NCBI GenBank assembly: GCA_023229525.1
Contig: JALNZC010000009.1
Span: forward strand, 1,282-65,281
Length of the DNA: 64,000 nt
Direction: 5' to 3'
DNA from: Bacteroidales bacterium
GTDB lineage: Bacteria > Bacteroidota > Bacteroidia > Bacteroidales > FEN-979
Shown here: positions 9,362-21,125 of the stretch, in pieces
Numbering within the stretch: position 1 is the stretch's first letter
Layout: each line of letters starts with the position of its first letter
Notes under the pieces: generated by a model
Seen by the model: the letters and a program-made list of their open reading frames with translations, nothing else
What the model was told of the DNA's origin: nothing
The model's database searches: none
Translations under genes and position numbers: made by a program

Positions 9362-12300
9362 ATGAAACCAAACCTACGTTTAATTAAGATCATTGTGATC
9401 TTAATTGTCCTTTCGATGAGTATTTTTTCTCATGCTCAAAACCAAAAGACACATACGGAAAAGAAGAAATCGGATTTGACTCTCGTTTGTATCGGGGATA
9501 GCATTGAATTGCCAGGTACACCTTGCAACTCGATTGATTATTACTGGAAAAACAGTCTATACGAATCACTGCCTAATCCGAAAGAAATTGGACAAGCTTT
9601 TGGTTCCCGGATAGTTCAGGTTGCGTTTGATGCAGATGGACTACGCGCCGGAACATATAACGAATTGTCCTCAATCAACAGTAATGATCAGTCCAACCCA
9701 ATGAAAGAGGTTCCTGTAACACTGGAAATCAAAAACTTTAATGACCTTCCATTCATCGAAGACTGGTCATCGGGTGGCTTTGAGTTTAATGATTGGTCAT
9801 TTGATCCTGACCAAAGCAATTGGTCTGTAACCAATACCTATGGGAATCCTGCGCCATCCGCCATGTTCAATTGGGAACCGGCTTTAACCGATTACAACTA
9901 TGCACTTGTCACTCCAACGTTAAATGCAACTGGCATCATAGATAATGTCACCCTGAAATTTGATCTGGAATTGAATAATTACTCAACCTTGAGCCTTGAA
10001 TGTATGGCCGTCGAAGTATTTGACGGTTCAGCATGGCAAACGGTTCATGATTATACTAATCTTAACAGTGGCTTTCCGTTTATCAATGAGTCATTTAACC
10101 TTACCTCTATTGTTGCAGGACACACCTTCAATGTCCGTTTCCGCGCACACGGTGAACATTCATTCAGCATTAATTACTGGAATCTCGATAATATAATGAT
10201 TTATCAGCAGGTGGTCGGTAACCTTATCGGCGCCATCACCAGATTATCCGATGGCTCCCCGGTTGAAGATGCTCTAATCACCATCAACAACAACTTAAGC
10301 GGAACCTATACTGCCACTTCTGGTGCCGATGGTCTTTATACCATCATTGGAGCAGAATCCGGCAATTATGTTTTTACACTTGAAAAAGATGGATTCAATG
10401 CGATTGAAGAAATGGTGACTATCATAGGTAATCAAACAGTTACCCGGAATTACGCTTTGACCGCCCCGGTCATAGGAGTTGAGCCTGATTCATTGACGGT
10501 GACCGTTGCAATTGGAGACACCACTACCCGTGAAGTGGTTGTTACCAATACAGGAAATGGACCATTGAATTGGAGCAGTTATATTCATCCGACCAGTCAA
10601 AAGTTTGCTGTTCCTGCCAGCGATGGTAAATTCCAACGTGGAACGGCTCCTGTTTCGATAGGACGCGCCTCCGGAGGAAATTCTATACCATCGAAATCAT
10701 TGAATGGTTTCACTGGATCTCCTGGATATGCTTTTGAGATTAATCCGGGTGCAAACTTTTTCTCATTCAATACCGATGATCCTTCCACACAAAATGTGAT
10801 CAGTCCGATCACGATTATGCCGTTCGGAGGTACCTTCGATGCAATCAACACTGATTTTATGTACATCATTGATAATAATGATTTTAAGCTCAAGAAGGTA
10901 GCGATAGCGACTGGCACGGTTGTAAATATAGGTTTATGCATTCCGGTCGACTGGTCTCAGATCTGGAGTGGTATCACTGTTGACAAACGGACGAATATCA
11001 TGTATGGAATGTCAACCAATATGGATGAATCATATATTTATACTATTGATAAGGCAACAGGTTCTTCCGCGGTCATTGGGCCGACAGGTATTCCCTGTGC
11101 AATTGACGTTACCATTGACGGAACCGGACAAATGTACACCTTTGACATCACAATGGATGAAGCATACAAGGTTAACAAAATAACTGGGGAAGCCACTTTG
11201 TTTGGTTCTATCGGTTTCGATGCCAATTATTCCCAGGGAATGGGTTGGGACCCGGTAACCGATAACGTTTACCTTGCAGCCTATAATAATGTGACAGGAA
11301 GTGGTGAATTGCGGATACTGGACAGGGAAACCGGAAATACTACCCTCATTGGTGAGATGGGTGGTGAAATCGACGGATTGGCATTTCCGGGTAGCGGATT
11401 TGTAAAATGGGCGACCATCGAACCGGCTTATGGCGAAATTCCGGCCGGTGATACTGAAGTGGTGACGATAACATTCGATGGCGCCTATATACCCCCTCAA
11501 AAGGACCTTACTTTGACTGCCGATCTTGTCTTTAAAACCATTCCTGATATAGGTTCACCCGAAGTGGCTTTGTCGATGACCATTACCGGTTCATTTTTCG
11601 GAATTCTTGAAGGCACTGTGACTCATGGTGGAACTCCTGTTGAAGGTGTTACTGTAACAGCAACACGCAGTGAAAATCCCGCTTATACCTATTCCATGGT
11701 TACCGGCGCTAATGGAGTCTATACTTTTCCGGAAACCCTTTATGGAACCTATGATCTTATTGCAGTGAAGGCCGGCTTTAATCCATTTGCTTTGGCTGAA
11801 CCTTTGATTGTTACAGGTGATCAGACAACCGTTTACAACATTGCAATAGTAGCCCCTATCATAGTGATCGATCCGTTGGAAATCAATGAGTGGGTACCTT
11901 TTGGCACAATTGTGACAAAGACCATCACTATCACCAACACCGGTGATGGTGTGCTGGATTGGGATGCAGTTACTGCCATTACCGGAAAACCGAAAGTTAC
12001 TGTTCCCGAAAGCGATGGTAAATTTCCCTGCGGAACTGCTGCTATTTCGATCGGACGGGCACCAACTTATAATTCTATACCTTATAAATCAAAGATTGCC
12101 CCCAGTGGAACCACCGGATATGCTTTTGATATCAATCCCGGCTACACCTTCTTCTCGTTCGATACCGATGATCCTGCAACACACAATGTGATCAGTCCGA
12201 TTGACTACACACCGTTTGGCGGAACATTCGAAGCAGTAAATACTTCTTTTATGTTTGTAATTGACTACAATACGAATTGGCTAAAGAAAGTTGAAATTGC

Positions 12301-15000
12301 TACAGGAAATGTTACTGATATTGGTTATTGCAACCCTTATGGTTACCAATCGTGGACGGGTATCACTGTCGACAAAACCACAAATATCATGTATGGTATT
12401 TCAACTGACTTGGTTGTTTCATTCATCTATTATATTGATATGGCAACCGGTGCGACTACGCTTATCGGACCCACGGATATTCCCGGAGCCATTGATCTGA
12501 CCATTGACGGAACAGGGCAGATGTACAGTTTTGACATTGTAAACGACGAATCATATAGGATTGACAAGGAAACCGGAGTTTCAACCTTGCTTGGATCCAT
12601 TGGCTATGATGCCAACTATGCCCAGGGTATGGGCTGGGATCCCATTTCGGATAATATCTTCCTGGCGGCTTACAACAACGCTACCGAAAGTGGTGAATTA
12701 CGTATCCTCGACAGGGTAAATGGAAATTCGACCCTTGTCGGCAGTATGGGTGGTGAAATCGACGGGATTGCATTCCCGGGTGGCGGCACCCCTTCTTGGT
12801 TATCTATTGACAAAGAATCCGGGACCTTGCAAGCCGGCGGTTATGACACAATAACAGTAACACTCGATGGGACTATTCACCGCCAATAATTGATTATGGT
12901 CATGGAATCATTACTTTCAGATCCGATCCTGAAGTAGGTACTGTTATAATACCAGTTACCTTGTCGGGTCCCGATTGGTACGGTAAATTGGAAGGTTATG
13001 TGACTCACGTTGGCATAGGCGTTCAAAATGCAACAGTAACAGTTACCAGAGGTGGACCTTTTTCGTACACGGGAACTACAAATGCCAATGGTCATTATCT
13101 GATCGATGATATTGTGCCCGGCATATATGAGGTAAGTGTGGAAGCTCCCGGTTTCAACCCATATTACACAACGGGTGTGATAATTTCTCCTGAGTTAACA
13201 ACAACGTTGAACATTTACCTCGTCGCTCCGGCAATAATCATTACACCAATGGAACTTGAAGTGAATCTGCCTCCCGGTCAGAATACTACACGCTGGTTGA
13301 CTATTTCCAATACTCGTGATGGCCCGGTCGAAGTAAGGGGTTCCGCACATCAAAATAAAAAACAGGTTGTTTCAATTCCGGTAAGTAATGGCGAATTTCC
13401 CCATGGAACCGATGTTCCTTCCATTGGACGGGCATCAGTTAGCAAACCTTTCGGTAAAGGAGGATTCAATGATTTGAGAGGCAGCATAGGATATGCATTT
13501 GATATTAGTCCGGCCAACACGTTCTTTTTTTTCAATATTGAGGATCCAGGAACACAGACCGTCATCAGCTCAATCGATTATGCACCTTCCGGCGGTACAT
13601 TCGACGCAACCCATTCCGATTTTATGTATATTATTGATTATAATACCAATATGTTAATGAAAGTTGAAGTTGCAACGGGCGCGACTATACCTGTTGGCAC
13701 TTGTACCCCTTATGGAGATCAATCATGGACAGGGATCACTGTTGATAAAACCACAAATATCATGTATGGTATTTCAACGGACATGAGTGAATCTTACCTC
13801 TATATTATTGATATGGAAACCGGAACAGAAACCCTCATTGGTTGGCTGAGTATACCCGGCGCCATAGATATTACTGTTGACGGAAACGGTCGGATGTATA
13901 GCTTCGACATTATAAACGATGAAGCATTTGAGATCAACAAGGAAACATGTACGGTTACCCTGCTTGGATCCCTCGGCTATGATGCAAACTATGCCCAGGG
14001 CATGGGCTGGGATCCCATTTCGGATAATATTTACCTGGCGGCTTACAACAACGCTACCGGATGCAGTGAATTGCGTATCCTCGACAGGGTAACCGGAAAT
14101 TCGACCCTCGTCGGCGGTATGGGCGATGAAATTGACGGGCTGGCATTCCCCGGAAGGGGCTGGTCATGGCTGTCAATCGGATCGAATCCTATCATGATTC
14201 AACCTGGGAGTTCAGTAGAAGTACCTGTACAAATTGACGCAACTGAGCTTACAGATGGGATTTATACTGGGTATCTCTTCTTTGTAAGTGATCCAAATAT
14301 AGGGACTGTCTTTATTCCTATAACCTTGTTTGTCGGACCTTATTATGGACCGACCGTTGAAATTTTCCCCGTTTGGGGTTCAGGCCCAATTTCCATTCCT
14401 GTTTATGCCTATGAAATTAGCAACATGGGTTCCTTTCAATTCACCATTGGATATGACACAGCACATTTGACTTATACAGGCACGAACAACTGGTATCCAG
14501 GGATAGCAGATGTCACGGTTGGCAATCCATCGTCCGGGAAACTCACCTTTGTATGGGCTGCTTCTACAACAGTTATTACCATCCATTATGGTACCTTTTT
14601 TGAGCTTTATTTTAATTTGAGTTGTTCATGGGATGTCTCAAATATATTTTGGAGTGATAATCCCACACCACGAGAATTTGCCGATTGGGAAGGCAACATC
14701 TTCGTGCCATATTATATCGACGGGTATGCACTCTGGCACTCGGATGGTGTATCTGAAACCGAACGACACGTCATCAATGTTTACCCCAATCCGTCTTCCG
14801 ATGTTGTAACTGTAAAAAGCGACTTTCCCATTCAGAACTTTGAAATGATGTCATACCTTGGTCAGACAGTTTATTCCGAATACAATCCCGGCGACAAGGA
14901 GGTACGACTTAATGTTTCTTCTCTACCTTCAGGTATTTACTTCTTGAAGATCAATACCGGTCAGGGTATCAGTACAACAAAAATGGCGGTTGAGCACTGA
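9362..15000 (+). CDS. Giant T9SS cargo (~1,880 aa): 3x [carboxypeptidase-regulatory-like + Ig-like + beta-propeller], cohesin-like domain and T9SS CTD; 1-nt frameshift near 12878
   Basis: Three near-identical modules (GYAF.I.P..GGTFDA..WTGITVDKTTNIMYG..GYDANYAQGMGWDP..ELRILDR). Adding one base near 12878 gives ..PPIIDYGHGIITFRSDPEVGTVIIPVTLSGPDW, which joins ORFs 9362-12889 and 12961-15000. C-terminal VYPNP..LPSGIYFLKI. Confidence 0.85.
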
Positions 15001-15067
15001 TTATTAATTAAAAAACTGCAATAGTAGCAATCTCTTTCCATTAACCTCCTCTCATAACTACGAGTAT

Positions 15068-15118
15068 GAGCTTAGCTATATCTTAGCTATAGGTAAACCA
15101 TAAGATAGGTATAAGCTC
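15068..15118. terminator. Long imperfect hairpin between convergent genes
   Basis: Nested arms GAGCTTA/TAAGCTC and TATCTTA/TAAGATA. Confidence 0.45.
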
Positions 15119-15151
15119 GTAACCAGGTATAAAATAGGACATAATGGCAGT

Positions 15152-17392
15152 TCATTCAGGTTTCAAATTAACCGCATCCAGAAAAAACCTAACGGCAATT
15201 CCAGCCCAGAGATAAGTTTTATTCCATCCTGCCTGGTGATCGTCAGCGCTGTAAAATTCCCAGAAAACATGGTCTTTTTTCAAATGATAGATCATGTTAT
15301 CTAAAACACGGTTAGCCAGGTCAGCTGCAACTTTATGGTAACCGTAATCCTTTAAACCCCTGTAAAGCAGGTACTCCCATTGCACCCAGACCGGACCATT
15401 CCAGTAACCGATCGGACAATAATAATCGCTTTTTGCGGTAAGTGAAGGAACACCATAAAGACGCCAGAATTCAGAGGTGTCCTGTATTTTTTCAACAAGT
15501 AATGCAGCTTTATTACGGTCGGCGATCCCGGCCCAGAGCGGTAAAAACCCAATGATCTCTTTGATCTTCAGATCTCCGGGTTGATGGAAAGTAAATGTCT
15601 GGTCCTTCTTGTTTACGTTATAATAAAATGAAGTTACCGGGTCCCAGAGTTTCTCATTGATCAATCTGGTTCGATGATCCGCATCTTGCACCCATTGCTT
15701 CGACTCTGCCTGGTTTCCCAGAATTTTCGCCATTTCCGCTAACGATTTCGCCTCCATAACCAACATCGAATTCACATCGAGTCCTTCAAAATTGGCGGCC
15801 CATCCGACCTTATCCCAAACTGCAACGCGCGCATCCCGAACCGATTCCAGTTCAGCATGAGCGCCCCATTCGCAAAGGCCATTCTGATTCGAATCACGGT
15901 TGGAGATATAATACTGATAGAACTTCTTCCCGGAATGATAAGCTTCTCTTAAAAATTTCCTGTCTCCTGTGATCTTATAAATTTCCAGATTTTCATAGTT
16001 GAACCAGGGTGCAGAACTGGTGGGTTTTCCATCGGTTTCAATAGTTTCGTCCAGATACGGTCCGGTGCGGTAATTAATATATCCATCTTTGTGCTGCCGC
16101 TCCATAAAAATCTGCTGCGAATTCATGGCCCCGACCGGATCCATATACGTATAAGCCATCATGGTCAAGCTTTCGTGAAAAACCTGTCCGCCATAACCCC
16201 AGCCCCACCGGGGCTCCCGCGAAAACACATAATAATTATACCCGCATTCTCCCTCCGGAGGCATCATGCACTGCCGCATAAGCGAAAACGCGCTCCAATA
16301 CAACATCTCCTTGTCCCGATCCGTAAATTTCAGTCCCGGAATCCTCGAATACGCCTTTTCATCCTCCCTCACCAACTTCTCCAAATCAATTTTATCCAAC
16401 ATCCAGCATCCAGCATCCAATATCCGTTTTTCTTTATCCTGCATCCTGTATCCTGAATCTTGTATCCGTTTTTCTTTATCCAGTATCTTGTATCCTGAAT
16501 CCTGCATCCTATTCCCAGCATCGCTAAGGCACACCAGAATTCTGAAGTCCGTCGCTTCCCCCGCTTGTAACCGGAACGTCCTCGATCCGACAATCCCATT
16601 GACAAAATGTACAGATCGTTTCTGTTCTATTATTGATTTTTTCAAGATGGATAAGAGATCCTTCCTACCGGGTTTATTTCGCTCTGCGGTCCTTAATGAA
16701 AATGTCAATACACTATCGAACCTGATATTCGATGTGTAGAAACCACTGTATTGCTCACAAACCGGGATATTGTGTTCTACCATCCAACCGTCGCGTTGTT
16801 TTTTTAACGGAAAGGTATAACCATCGGGAAAATCAACATGATCAACATGATCAATATTATCAATGCTGTCTGCTGATGGATAATAGAGGTAGGGGAGTGC
16901 CATGATGGTTTGCGGAAAATGACCTTCGTTAACCAATCGGTACTGCAAAATAGCAGTCTCGGAACTGTAAACCGTAAAAAACACTTCCGCCCTCAAATAC
17001 GGAAAGGGGTAGTAATAATATTTCACCAGGTCGCTGTATGAAATTGTCACCACCGGTTCCCGGTAAAGCTCTCCAAGCCGGAACCGTGATTTTCCTGCCA
17101 TTTGAAGTGCAATTCCGAGATTCGGACCTTCTCTTGAAATGAATTCCACACCGGATTCGGTATCAGTCCACTGAAATTGATAACCCTGGTCTGTTCTGTA
17201 ATGGGAACGTCCGGGAGACGCTGCATAGGTCGTGAAAAGTGCATCATTTCTGCCTGCCTGAAGGTGGGAAAGATATTGTGTTCTTCCGGTATAATTAAGC
17301 TGCATTAAAAACAGAAATAAAACAATCTTGAAATAGTTCGATCTCTGCAATACGTCTTGTTTATTCTTAGTCATTCTGTAAAGCATAAACAT
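15152..17392 (-). CDS. MGH1/GH63-trehalase-like glycoside hydrolase with an in-frame repeat-derived insert
   Basis: YVFSREPRWGWGYGGQVFHESL, ESVRD, YWNGPVWV, FWEFYS; paralog of 3836-5979. Confidence 0.85.
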   Translation of the reverse strand: MFMLYRMTKNKQDVLQRSNYFKIVLFLFLMQLNYTGRTQYLSHLQAGRNDALFTTYAASPGRSHYRTDQGYQFQWTDTESGVEFISREGPNLGIALQMAGKSRFRLGELYREPVVTISYSDLVKYYYYPFPYLRAEVFFTVYSSETAILQYRLVNEGHFPQTIMALPYLYYPSADSIDNIDHVDHVDFPDGYTFPLKKQRDGWMVEHNIPVCEQYSGFYTSNIRFDSVLTFSLRTAERNKPGRKDLLSILKKSIIEQKRSVHFVNGIVGSRTFRLQAGEATDFRILVCLSDAGNRMQDSGYKILDKEKRIQDSGYRMQDKEKRILDAGCWMLDKIDLEKLVREDEKAYSRIPGLKFTDRDKEMLYWSAFSLMRQCMMPPEGECGYNYYVFSREPRWGWGYGGQVFHESLTMMAYTYMDPVGAMNSQQIFMERQHKDGYINYRTGPYLDETIETDGKPTSSAPWFNYENLEIYKITGDRKFLREAYHSGKKFYQYYISNRDSNQNGLCEWGAHAELESVRDARVAVWDKVGWAANFEGLDVNSMLVMEAKSLAEMAKILGNQAESKQWVQDADHRTRLINEKLWDPVTSFYYNVNKKDQTFTFHQPGDLKIKEIIGFLPLWAGIADRNKAALLVEKIQDTSEFWRLYGVPSLTAKSDYYCPIGYWNGPVWVQWEYLLYRGLKDYGYHKVAADLANRVLDNMIYHLKKDHVFWEFYSADDHQAGWNKTYLWAGIAVRFFLDAVNLKPE
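16393..16521. repeat. Heptamer-based repeat (CATCCAG/TATCCTG/AATCCTG) inside a CDS
   Basis: Encodes RMQDSGYKILDKEKRIQDSGYRMQDKEKRILDAGCWMLDK. The same heptamer occurs intergenically at 24834-24861. Confidence 0.9.
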
Positions 17393-17552
17393 TCCATGTT
17401 GAAAATATTATGTCCATAAGGGAAGGACCTTCCCATGAAATTCAACGCTTTTACCCATCACATCTAAAAGGGAAACGACGACCTTCAAAGGAATACGAAA
17501 ATCTTCTGAAGAAGATTCAGGGGTAATATTGGTTCTACGGATCGGTACTTTT

Positions 17553-20500
17553 TTATTCATTGTCGTCTAGGGTTACCGTTTTGACTCCATACTTTAATTC
17601 GGATGGTTCGAAATCAACGACATACCGGTATATCCGGTTATTATGGTTAAGATATCGAGCATTTTTAGCATTTACCGGGCTTCCGGTTGAATATACTTCG
17701 AATATCCCGCTTGTGCCTGATTTACCTTCAACGTCGATGTTATAATGGTTTCCTGACAATTTTATCCCGAGGATCCGCAATCCTTCCGGACCATATCCTG
17801 GCCGGGGATCAGAAACCACGGGAATTACGGAGATACCTCCCTCTGTTTCGATATTTAAGCACGATGAATTTATGAGTTTGATCCTGACCAAAAGGGTCAT
17901 CGAAGCTTCATCTTTAAAAGAAGTGTATGGAATTTCCCGGTCGTCTAGGGTTACTTTCGTAAACAGGGTTCCTGCCGGAAAAGAAGGCATAAACTCAATC
18001 ATTACCTGTTTTTCTTGGTCCGGTGAAAAATCATAGATGTTGTTGCTACCAGTCCGCTTATAATTGAAACCTACCCTTTGTTCTCCAATGCGTATGTTTC
18101 TGACTGTAAGGGAATCCCAATTTGCCGGAAGATGGGGCGCCAGCGTGATTTTTTGTTCAGGGGCATTGATCTCCAGTCCGAGTAATCCTTCAATGGCGGG
18201 CTGCAATACCATGGTCTCCGACCAGCATTGGTGCGGACATACCCCCGAAGGCAGGTATTCGGCGCCATTCAGCACCTCCTCGACAAATCCCAGTCCCCAC
18301 GATTTATATATATTGAGATTGTTCATGAGATGCGAATATCCCTGGATAAAATTACCGGAATTATATTCTGCAAGGGCAGTCCAACCTGTAAAAAGCGGCC
18401 AAACGCTTCCGTAATGATAACCGGTGGGCCTGAACATCGGGTTATCCTCGCGGATAATCCGTACTCCCCAGTCAGTAGTGAAAGCATTGGATGCATATTG
18501 CCTGAGACAAATCCTGGCCTTCTGCCGGTCGGTCATACGAAAATATAAAGGAACTGCCAGCAGAACTGTAGCATCGTGGCGGAATGAGCCATCTTTGTTC
18601 TTCCCATAAGAAAAAAACTGATGGTTATTGTCCCAGAAATCGGTATTGATGATTTTCTGCAGGTTACGCACCTCAAGCCGGTAACTTTCAGATTCATAAT
18701 CTTTCATGAAAGCAGCCATGGTCGAAGCTTCTGTTAATGCGGCTCCCCAGATGCCGGCCATATAAAGTGTGGCATGAGAACCATAGAGTTCCCCGCCTTC
18801 TACCCAACCATGGCCTACATTGGTATTTTCGATCAGATGATCATGGTCGGTATCGGTGGAAAAGCAGAAATTGATCGCTTTTTTAATATTTGGCCATGTT
18901 TTGCGCAGAAATGCCGTATCGTTCGTATGTCTGAAATACTTTCCGGCAAGTACAATATATAAAGGGGTAGCATCCGCTGCATCATAGTGAATAAATCCTG
19001 ATGTACTGACTTCATGGAATATTTTTCCAGAAAAATCCTGATACCTATTGAAGAACTCCAGTTGCGATCTGACTTTGGTGAAATCGCCATAATCGAGAAG
19101 GGCAAAACCACTCCATTCGGCATCGCGGCCGAAATACCAGCCATAACCAGGTCTTCCGTTAACTTTATGGCCACCGTTCCAACCCTTGCTTGTGGTCGAA
19201 TACCCCGCTACCAATGCCTCTCCCATCCCCGGTGTATTTACAAAAAACCGGTCTGTTGCCAGTAAAGCCCAGCGATACCCGGTATTAAAATCTTGATCCG
19301 GAGAGGTGATGGTCAGGCTCTTGGATAGGAGTTCATCTGCATGATTTGTTGCATGGTCAAATATCAACTTGGGTTGATGAATTGCTTTTCTGTACTGACC
19401 ATAAGTTATAGCATTCCCTTCGGAAGAAGCCGTGTAAATCACATCAAGGTTATCATTCATTTCAAGACCGTATTGCAGTAAACAAGCAACCTGAAACTTT
19501 TCTGTTGGAATACCATGAAAGGAGCTGTCGGTTTTCGACCAGTTAAAATCTTCATATTGACCCGAAAGATGTGTCAATGGCTCCTTTGTTCCGCCGATAA
19601 TTACATTGAGGTCGCCCGATTTATCCTGTAAGGTAAAAGCGCCCATCTCTCCATCCCAGGAATGACAAATTGATCCTGTTACCCGTTCGGAATACGGCCA
19701 CATCCATCGCAAATTCGATTTGAATTGAATAATGAGCGCTGCAGGATATACCCCACGGTACTCATAATGGATCACACCATTCGGATCCACTGGATCATTC
19801 ACGATCGTCTCTTTAAGGTATGCCCTGGGAAATTTATATTCCCGGGAAAAACATGCCGGATCAACTGCGATTTCAGGCCGTTCATCACTCAGCCAGAAAA
19901 TGGTGTCGCGATAACCGAATTTTATACCTACCTCATAATCCCTGAAAGCCATGAAAGGATGAGCCCACACCTCCTCAATCCCGCCTTTTTCAGTACCCAT
20001 GGTTAACAAGCGCTCACCTGCAACATCCCAGAAATTAACTGAAGCAAAGCGGTTCCTGAGGGTCAGATCTCCTGAATGATCTTTCCATGACACCGAATAA
20101 GGGATCGCTGTATTCATGGGATTCGTTTCCAATCGTGGTGGATATTGATGGACAGTATTGGGCGAATAATCCCAATAAAATTTTCTTTGTTCATCAAATT
20201 TCCCGGACAGATATTCAATGCAATTCCGCGTAAATAAAACCAAATGTTCCCGGTTCAGGTTTGGCAGGGTAAAGTTCATATATCCGCCAACAGCAAGTAC
20301 TTTTCCGCTACCCGGTGAATATTCAAATACCAGCTTTGAACCTTCCCGGAGAAATATGTAATCCCAGTCTACAGCAACAACCTTCCCGTTTCGCGGTACC
20401 TGATCCCCGAAAAAACCGGTGATGCGTGTCGTAAGGTCATAAACCGGCCGGTTAATATATGCTCCACCATTAAGTCCGTTAAAAATAGAATGTTGCCGGA

Positions 20501-21125
20501 AAGCATGGAAACCAAGTTTTCGGCCGTATCCATCATCAATACATGATTTTGTACTGTCTTTTAAGGGAAGTGATTCATATCCCAGGATATTCAGGTAGTG
20601 TGCTGCTTGCTGCGTCAGGAACAGATGGCCACCGTTTTCGACCCAGGCTTTAAGGTTAAGGATCAGCTTTTCACTGGTTTCATTCACTGAAAATGCCGTG
20701 GTATCCGGTCGATGAAACCACAGAATTGAAAAACGGTTAGGCCTTTTCAACTGTTTTTCCAATTCCCGGATGGTTATAAAAACAGGGACAACATCAGTCA
20801 TGTTTTTTAAAATATCAAAAGCACTTTTTAATCCGGTATCCGCCTGGTCGTATGGGAGGAGACTTACAAACCCGACAATCGGTTTCTCTTGTTGATCCTT
20901 GATTGCAGGATTTGTTTTTGTCAACGAAACCGAATGCATCCGCATACTCTTGCCTTTAACGGATTGGGCACCTGCATTCGTCAGCGTTAGCAGGAAAATG
21001 GTAATCATGAAAAGTTTAATTCTTGGTAATGACAACCGACAGAACAACCTGCTTTTTTTGAAATAATGACTGAAAACCGGTGATTGAAGATTGAACAGGC
21101 CACCGAATTGACAATATTGGTTCAT
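17553..21125 (-). CDS. Amylo-alpha-1,6-glucosidase (GDE-like) (alpha/alpha)6 glycosidase with an N-terminal GATase-like/DUF4960-like domain
   Basis: GYGWYFGRD, HYDAADATPLY, YHYGSVWPLFTGW, CPHQCWS. The ATG at 21125 overlaps the upstream stop (ATGA). Confidence 0.8.
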   Translation of the reverse strand: MNQYCQFGGLFNLQSPVFSHYFKKSRLFCRLSLPRIKLFMITIFLLTLTNAGAQSVKGKSMRMHSVSLTKTNPAIKDQQEKPIVGFVSLLPYDQADTGLKSAFDILKNMTDVVPVFITIRELEKQLKRPNRFSILWFHRPDTTAFSVNETSEKLILNLKAWVENGGHLFLTQQAAHYLNILGYESLPLKDSTKSCIDDGYGRKLGFHAFRQHSIFNGLNGGAYINRPVYDLTTRITGFFGDQVPRNGKVVAVDWDYIFLREGSKLVFEYSPGSGKVLAVGGYMNFTLPNLNREHLVLFTRNCIEYLSGKFDEQRKFYWDYSPNTVHQYPPRLETNPMNTAIPYSVSWKDHSGDLTLRNRFASVNFWDVAGERLLTMGTEKGGIEEVWAHPFMAFRDYEVGIKFGYRDTIFWLSDERPEIAVDPACFSREYKFPRAYLKETIVNDPVDPNGVIHYEYRGVYPAALIIQFKSNLRWMWPYSERVTGSICHSWDGEMGAFTLQDKSGDLNVIIGGTKEPLTHLSGQYEDFNWSKTDSSFHGIPTEKFQVACLLQYGLEMNDNLDVIYTASSEGNAITYGQYRKAIHQPKLIFDHATNHADELLSKSLTITSPDQDFNTGYRWALLATDRFFVNTPGMGEALVAGYSTTSKGWNGGHKVNGRPGYGWYFGRDAEWSGFALLDYGDFTKVRSQLEFFNRYQDFSGKIFHEVSTSGFIHYDAADATPLYIVLAGKYFRHTNDTAFLRKTWPNIKKAINFCFSTDTDHDHLIENTNVGHGWVEGGELYGSHATLYMAGIWGAALTEASTMAAFMKDYESESYRLEVRNLQKIINTDFWDNNHQFFSYGKNKDGSFRHDATVLLAVPLYFRMTDRQKARICLRQYASNAFTTDWGVRIIREDNPMFRPTGYHYGSVWPLFTGWTALAEYNSGNFIQGYSHLMNNLNIYKSWGLGFVEEVLNGAEYLPSGVCPHQCWSETMVLQPAIEGLLGLEINAPEQKITLAPHLPANWDSLTVRNIRIGEQRVGFNYKRTGSNNIYDFSPDQEKQVMIEFMPSFPAGTLFTKVTLDDREIPYTSFKDEASMTLLVRIKLINSSCLNIETEGGISVIPVVSDPRPGYGPEGLRILGIKLSGNHYNIDVEGKSGTSGIFEVYSTGSPVNAKNARYLNHNNRIYRYVVDFEPSELKYGVKTVTLDDNE

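Noticed and set aside
10720..14150. Near-identical repeats as diversity-generating retroelement TR/VR
   Set aside because: The repeats are in-frame protein modules, differences are not adenine-specific, and no reverse transcriptase is present.
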